Part shown: positions 30,677-35,254 of the stretch, one piece after another
Position numbering within the stretch: position 1 is the stretch's first letter
How the letters are laid out: each line of letters opens with the position of its first letter
Assembly: GCA_964658605.1 (NCBI GenBank)
Contig: CAZZZR010000002.1
Coordinates: 1-35,254, forward strand
Length of the DNA: 35,254 bases
Reading direction: 5' to 3'
Source: an uncultured Caulobacter sp.
GTDB lineage: Bacteria; Pseudomonadota; Alphaproteobacteria; Caulobacterales; Caulobacteraceae
Program-made: the position numbers and the translations under genes
The notes under the pieces: model-generated
What the model saw: only the letters and a program-made list of their open reading frames with translations
What the model was told of the DNA's origin: nothing
The model's database searches: none

Positions 30677-30827
30677 TTCTTCAAGCACATCGCTTTCCGG
30701 CTCGCCTGAGGCTCCGCAACCCCGCGCGGAGCTGTATCACGCAGGCGACGCCGAGGGTAGCCGGGCCTGGACTTCCTGGTGTGGGGAAACCACGAGGGGC
30801 GCACAGCGCTCCCGCAGGAGGCCCAAG

Positions 30828-32003
30828 ATGCCCACCGCAGTCTACCCGGGCGGATATCTCGATCAGAAACGGTGGAGTCCGACCGTAACGCTCTTCACGG
30901 AGAGCCAGACCGTCGTCGCGCACCTGATCGGCACCGACGACAACGCCGTGATCCACGCGGACATGAAGCAGATCGAGGCCGACGTCCGCGGCTCTCAGAC
31001 CGAGTTCAAGTACGGCGACCGCTTCCGCGGCTCGCAGCTTGGCCCCAAGCCGCTCGGCACCACGAAGTTCGGCTCGGAGACCGGCCAGCGCCCGCTCTAC
31101 AAGCAGACGCTGAACCTCCTCCCGCAGGAGCTGGCGACCGCCGGTTTCTTCGCGCTGTGGAGCGGCCAGCAGTACACCGACGTGCCGATCGACCGGCACG
31201 ACCTCCGCGCCGCCGGCGCCGAGGCCGCAGAGATCTACTCGCGCTCGATGTACTACCACCTGGCGGGGATCACCGCCTACAACACGCCGGCGTACAACTC
31301 CAACTGGTCGAGCCCCCCGATGGGGAACCTCGTCCGCGAGCTCGACGCCAGCCACCGGTACTTCTGCAACGGCAACACGACCGACGCGGGCGTGGCGGCG
31401 GACGGCTCGGCGAACCTCACCATGGAGTTCCTCGAGAGCATCGCCACCAAGCTCTCCAGCCACGCCTACGTGCAGAGCCCCGGCGCCATCCCCAGCACCC
31501 CGTGGGGCGACTTCATCATCTTCATCTGCGACCCCGAGGGGAATCAGCAGCTGCAGACGCACTCGACGTCCAACAGGTACATGAGCCTGACGCTTTCCGA
31601 GCTGAACGGCGGCGCGAGCCTCGACAAGGTCGGCGCGTTCATGAAGCTCAATCAGGGGTTCGTGGGCACCAAGCAGATCCTCGTGCTCGTCGATGACATG
31701 ACGCCGTTCGGCCAGTCGGGCAGTACGGCGGACGATGTCACGGCCGGCACCCAGATCGGCAACGTGCGCCGCGGGATGCTCCTCTTCCGCCGGGCCATGG
31801 AGGTCCAGTGGGGGCAGGGCTTCACCAGCGACACCTCGCACGTCATGGCCAGCTACTTCCAGGAACACGAGTGGGAGAGCTGGAAGCTCTTTACCCACTG
31901 GGGCGGCCTCGCGACGCGCCCCGACGCCGCCACCGGTTCGGGCCAGCGGTTCGGCTCGGCCACGGTCAGCTACCACGTCGGGGCCGGAACCCCGATCTAC
32001 TAG
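30828..32003 (+). CDS. Major capsid protein candidate (391 aa)
   Basis: AGGAGG SD 8 nt upstream. Position after the scaffold gene. Size and composition typical of major capsid proteins. No motif-level proof. Confidence 0.75.
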   Translation: MPTAVYPGGYLDQKRWSPTVTLFTESQTVVAHLIGTDDNAVIHADMKQIEADVRGSQTEFKYGDRFRGSQLGPKPLGTTKFGSETGQRPLYKQTLNLLPQELATAGFFALWSGQQYTDVPIDRHDLRAAGAEAAEIYSRSMYYHLAGITAYNTPAYNSNWSSPPMGNLVRELDASHRYFCNGNTTDAGVAADGSANLTMEFLESIATKLSSHAYVQSPGAIPSTPWGDFIIFICDPEGNQQLQTHSTSNRYMSLTLSELNGGASLDKVGAFMKLNQGFVGTKQILVLVDDMTPFGQSGSTADDVTAGTQIGNVRRGMLLFRRAMEVQWGQGFTSDTSHVMASYFQEHEWESWKLFTHWGGLATRPDAATGSGQRFGSATVSYHVGAGTPIY

Positions 32004-32012
32004 GAGACGACC

Positions 32013-32483
32013 ATGGCGAACTTCTTCGGCTCGCGCTACTACAACTCTGACGGTACGGTGAAGACGCCGACCGTCACCGCCTCCAACCTCGGCGTCCAGG
32101 TGCCGACGGTGAGCCAGGCGATCACCACTACCATGCTCGGCACGGCGACGAACCGCGTCTACCTGGTGCCTCTGCCGGCGGCAGGCCCGCGCAACTTCCT
32201 GGGGACCTTCATCCAGGCCACGGACATGGACAGCGGCTCGAATCTGGCGGCCAACCTCGTCCTCATCTACAGCATCAACGGCGTCGAGCAGACGCCGATC
32301 ATCGTCGTGAACCTGGCGACGCTGGGCATTCCCCTGACGTCCGCCGTTCCCTTGACGTGGGTCGACATCGCGCAGCAGATGCCCAACAACGCCGATGGTC
32401 CCATCCACCTCGTGCTGCTCATCAACACGGCAGCGGCCACGGCAGTGGCAGGCACCCTGACGCTGATTCCGTTCTACCAGTAG
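32013..32483 (+). CDS. Virion structural protein (156 aa, beta-rich; decoration or head-fibre candidate)
   Basis: AGGAGA SD. Immediately follows the capsid gene. Thr/Val/Asn-rich beta-like composition. Confidence 0.65.
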   Translation: MANFFGSRYYNSDGTVKTPTVTASNLGVQVPTVSQAITTTMLGTATNRVYLVPLPAAGPRNFLGTFIQATDMDSGSNLAANLVLIYSINGVEQTPIIVVNLATLGIPLTSAVPLTWVDIAQQMPNNADGPIHLVLLINTAAATAVAGTLTLIPFYQ

Positions 32484-32487
32484 GCCC

Positions 32488-33213
32488 ATGGCTGGCGACT
32501 TCCAGAGCGTGCAAACGGCCTGCGTGGCCCAGGTGCTCAACTCGCACCCGAGCACACCCGGCCTCATCGCGCTCGCGATCGTTCGCCAGCTTCTCACCCT
32601 CCAGCCCGAGGCCACCACGTTCATGGAGACCTCGGGCTCGTGGGTTACCTCCGCCGGCGTCGCGGCCTACGGCCCCACGACGACGGGCTTCCCGAAGTCC
32701 CTCTTGCGCTTCGAGCGGATCTACTACGACCTCGGTAGCTACACCATCGAGATCGTGAACACCGACCGCACCGAGATCCGGCGCCTCCAGGAGTTGGGGG
32801 CGATCACCTACCCGTACCGCGCGGCGTGGATCGGCGACCGGCTCAACTTCGGGCCGCCCCCGGCCGGGACCTTCGTCATCAAGTACGACGGCACCCTGGA
32901 CGCCACGAAGGACCTCGAGACGGGCGACCTCATCGATGGCACCGTGGGCACGGCGTCCAACCCCTGGTTCACCACCGGCGTGGTCGCGCTGCAGCACCTG
33001 ACGCTGGCCGACTACTTCGCCACCAGTCCGGACCCCCGGCCCGACCTCGCGTCCGCCCACCAGCAAGGGGCGGCCCTCGCCATCAATTCGTACCGCCAGA
33101 CGGGCGCCCAGCGCCTCCAGCTGGGCGGCATCTACCAGATTCCCAGCGCCTTCGTGCGCAACATGCCCGCGTCCGAGCGGCGGCAGCTCGTCTTCCCGGG
33201 CGCGCCGATCTGA
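32488..33213 (+). CDS. Virion structural protein (241 aa; head-tail adaptor candidate)
   Basis: Position in the morphogenesis block. High GC3. Confidence 0.65.
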   Translation: MAGDFQSVQTACVAQVLNSHPSTPGLIALAIVRQLLTLQPEATTFMETSGSWVTSAGVAAYGPTTTGFPKSLLRFERIYYDLGSYTIEIVNTDRTEIRRLQELGAITYPYRAAWIGDRLNFGPPPAGTFVIKYDGTLDATKDLETGDLIDGTVGTASNPWFTTGVVALQHLTLADYFATSPDPRPDLASAHQQGAALAINSYRQTGAQRLQLGGIYQIPSAFVRNMPASERRQLVFPGAPI

Positions 33214-33223
33214 GGAGCACTCG

Positions 33224-33583
33224 ATGGCGACGATGCAGCCCCTGGTCTCGAGCTTCCCCGGCCTCGCCGGCTCGCTCCCCGTGCTCCCGTTCCCGCTGTG
33301 GGTGAACAACCGCGTGGTGACCGGCGCGGAGGACGAGACCGTGCCGCTCAACGGGAAGTACGTGATCATCTCGCCCGACGCCGACGTCTGGATCTCGAAC
33401 GGCCACGGGAGCGCTACCGTTCCCTCCGGGGACGTCTCAGACGGCACGGGTAGCGCCTTTTTCCAGGCCGGCGTGATGTCCCCTCCGTTCCGCGTGCAGC
33501 CCGGGCAGATCCTGTCCATTGTCGCTGCCAGCGGCACGGCCAACGTCTCGCTCTGGTACTACTCCAGCGTGGGGGCGGCGTGA
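33224..33583 (+). CDS. Virion structural protein (119 aa)
   Basis: GAGGAG SD. Position in the morphogenesis block. Confidence 0.65.
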   Translation: MATMQPLVSSFPGLAGSLPVLPFPLWVNNRVVTGAEDETVPLNGKYVIISPDADVWISNGHGSATVPSGDVSDGTGSAFFQAGVMSPPFRVQPGQILSIVAASGTANVSLWYYSSVGAA

Positions 33584-33735
33584 GCCGGCCGTATTCCGGC
33601 CTCCCGCTGCACCGCTCTGGCGGTGCTTCCGGTGGCGGCGCACCGGCCTCTGGCGGCTGGCTCCTGGAGTCCGCCACGCTGCCCGCCCCCACTTACTGGC
33701 TGACCGAGGACGGCGGCCGATGGCTCACGGAGTGA
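33580..33735 (+). CDS. Unlisted 51-aa ORF (VSRPYSGLPLHRSGGASGGGAPASGGWLLESATLPAPTYWLTEDGGRWLTE)
   Basis: GTGA overlap with the upstream stop. Ends 3 nt before the next ATG. High GC3. Repeated W-L-(L/T)-E motif. Confidence 0.5.
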   Translation: MSRPYSGLPLHRSGGASGGGAPASGGWLLESATLPAPTYWLTEDGGRWLTE

Positions 33736-33738
33736 CCT

Positions 33739-34488
33739 ATGGGCTCTGACCTCAAGATCTCCGGCGCGCCGGCCGCCACCACGCCGCTCTCGGGCACCGA
33801 GCTTGTCCCGGTGGCGCAGGGCGGCGCGAGCAAGGCGACGACGACAGGCGCCATCGCGGCACTCGCCCCCGCTGGCACGATCGGCGGCACCACGGGCACC
33901 ACCGCCAACGTCGTGCCGCGGGCGAGCGGCACCGGCGGCTCCACGCTCAAGGCCAGCGACTTGGTGGTGAACGATCCCGCCAGCGGCTGGCTGGGGGTGG
34001 ACACCGTCGACGGGGCCACCATCCAGTTCCTGAAGCAGATCGGCTTCCCCAACGGCACGCTCTCGGTCCCCGGCCTCGTTTTCGCCCCCGGCAGCGGCGT
34101 GAACTCCGGCATGCTGTGGGACCCGGCGACCGGATCGGCCATCTACGAGATCAACGGTGAGGCGCGGTTCGGGATCGAGGTCGGCAGCTACCGGCTCCGG
34201 CTGAGCACCGCCTGGGAAATCGCCTGGTCGGCCTCCTCCGTGGCGACGGCGAACCCGCCCGACACCGGCCTGAAGCGCTCCGCCGCCGCCAAGCTCGTCG
34301 GCACCGATGGGGCAGGCGGCATCGGCAGCCTGAACGGCCTCCGGCCGCCGACCTCGGCCGCCAGCGCGGCGAGCACTACCCAGCTCCCCAACTCGGGCGA
34401 GTGCTGCATCCACAAGAACACGTCCAGCGGCGCCGTCCACCTCGCCTACAACGACGGCGGCGTCATCAAGAGCGTACAGCTCGCGTAG
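33739..34488 (+). CDS. Tail-fibre or fibre-like protein candidate (249 aa)
   Basis: N-terminal LSGTELVPVAQGGASKATTTGAIAAL resembles, from memory, the conserved N-terminal motif of many podovirus fibre and appendage proteins. Gly/Thr/Ser-rich. Confidence 0.55.
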   Translation: MGSDLKISGAPAATTPLSGTELVPVAQGGASKATTTGAIAALAPAGTIGGTTGTTANVVPRASGTGGSTLKASDLVVNDPASGWLGVDTVDGATIQFLKQIGFPNGTLSVPGLVFAPGSGVNSGMLWDPATGSAIYEINGEARFGIEVGSYRLRLSTAWEIAWSASSVATANPPDTGLKRSAAAKLVGTDGAGGIGSLNGLRPPTSAASAASTTQLPNSGECCIHKNTSSGAVHLAYNDGGVIKSVQLA

Positions 34489-34497
34489 GAGCGGACG

Positions 34498-34863
34498 ATG
34501 GCCCACGACTTCTTCGGCTACGGCTCGGCCAGCTCCTCGACCTCGGGGGCGACCACGACCACCCTGCTCAGCGTTCCCGTACCTGCGGTCGGCAAGGTCA
34601 TGCGCCTCGAGGGACGCTTCGTCGGTCGGGAGGCGAACGGCGACGGTGTGACCCTTATGAAGGTGGTGCTGTTCAAGAACGTCGGCGGGACGGTGTCGCG
34701 CATCGGCTCCATCCTGGACGTCGTCGCGGCTGTCGCGGACCTCGCGCTCACCGGCGTGTCGGTCAACTTCGCGATCAACGGCACGAACATCGACATCACG
34801 GCCACCGGCGTCCTCACCAAGACGATCGCCTGGTACGTCGACCTCAACCAGTGGGCGGCTTAG
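34498..34863 (+). CDS. Virion structural protein (121 aa)
   Basis: AGGAG SD. Beta-rich composition. Confidence 0.65.
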   Translation: MAHDFFGYGSASSSTSGATTTTLLSVPVPAVGKVMRLEGRFVGREANGDGVTLMKVVLFKNVGGTVSRIGSILDVVAAVADLALTGVSVNFAINGTNIDITATGVLTKTIAWYVDLNQWAA

Positions 34864-34866
34864 CCG

Positions 34867-35235
34867 GTGGCGAACGAGATCACCATCCGCGGGCTGCTCG
34901 CCTTCGCGAAGGGCGACGCGGCGAAGTTCGACCAAGGGGAGATCTCGGTCAGCATGAACGGCGCGAAGTGGCTGGAGGCGCGGCAGACGGTGGGCACGAC
35001 GGCCGAGGCGCTGAACCTCGGCGAGGTCTCCGCCGGCTCGGCCTGGCTGATCATCGTGAACCGCGACCCTTCGAACAAGGTGCTGGTGCTGCCGGCGAGC
35101 GGCGGAGTGGCCATGATCGAAGTGCAGGCCGGAGAGACTTCCGGCCCGTTTCGTTTCGCGTCGACCGTCACCGCTCCTTTCGTGCAGGCGGTGACGGCTG
35201 CCGTCGACATCTCCTACCTGCTGGTGAGCGCGTGA
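34867..35235 (+). CDS. Virion structural protein (122 aa)
   Basis: GTG start 3 nt after the preceding TAG. High GC3. Confidence 0.6.
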   Translation: MANEITIRGLLAFAKGDAAKFDQGEISVSMNGAKWLEARQTVGTTAEALNLGEVSAGSAWLIIVNRDPSNKVLVLPASGGVAMIEVQAGETSGPFRFASTVTAPFVQAVTAAVDISYLLVSA

Positions 35236-35254
35236 TCCTACGGGCAGGCGCCCG

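Noticed and set aside
30681-32624. 647-aa minus-strand ORF antisense to the capsid gene. Similar shadow ORFs: 28478-29851 (-), 33559-34935 (-), 18536-19756 (-), 22177-23298 (-), 5320-6297 (-), 9029-10270 (+)
   Set aside because: All have shadow-frame composition (very high Arg/Gly/Pro, runs of RR and GG). All overlap better-supported genes on the other strand or frame.
1-35254. CRISPR arrays, rRNA genes, integrase/attachment module, IS elements, reverse transcriptase (retron or DGR)
   Set aside because: I saw no regularly spaced direct repeats, no rRNA-like sequence, and no tyrosine or serine recombinase, transposase or RT motifs in any plausible ORF of this window.

Overview
High-GC dsDNA phage or prophage segment, roughly two-thirds G+C by eye. 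I see no host housekeeping genes, rRNA, CRISPR array or integrase. Layout: (1) 3-3769 (+) is the end of a late operon: a 5'-truncated protein of at least 925 aa, then a lower-GC cluster of small membrane and coiled-coil proteins. (2) 3853-5829 (+) holds two hairpin-bounded two-gene cassettes. (3) 5868-16300 (-) is an early operon of about 35 small genes, nearly all joined by 4-nt ATGA/GTGA/TTGA stop-start overlaps. It includes a PD-(D/E)XK exonuclease, an AAA_24/Sak4-like ATPase, HNH-like nucleases, an XRE-type HTH protein and several Zn-ribbon proteins. (4) 16351-16416 carries back-to-back divergent sigma70-like promoters. (5) 16629-19501 (+) contains a 1.17-kb ORF-free stretch (16797-17966) with a helix-rich GC part, a C-rich/G-poor tract, and an AT-richer island with tandem DnaA boxes. 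(6) 19543-19962 (-) is a T4-type lysozyme. (7) 20041-35235 (+) is the late block: small proteins, a C5-methyltransferase-like protein, a Met/Pro/Gly-rich low-complexity protein, small and large terminase, a low-GC HNH-AP2 homing endonuclease, portal, scaffold, major capsid, and head/tail proteins. The most unusual feature is about 0.65 kb of ORF-free, helix-rich sequence between the scaffold and capsid genes (about 29987-30640). It ends in a tRNA-like module with a CAU anticodon-type loop, a canonical T-arm and an encoded CCA, but an aberrant D-arm. It is a candidate large structured phage RNA with a tRNA-like 3' handle. Alternatives are a degenerate tRNA or an attP-type tRNA fragment. Functional calls rest on motifs I recognise by eye; no database search was possible.
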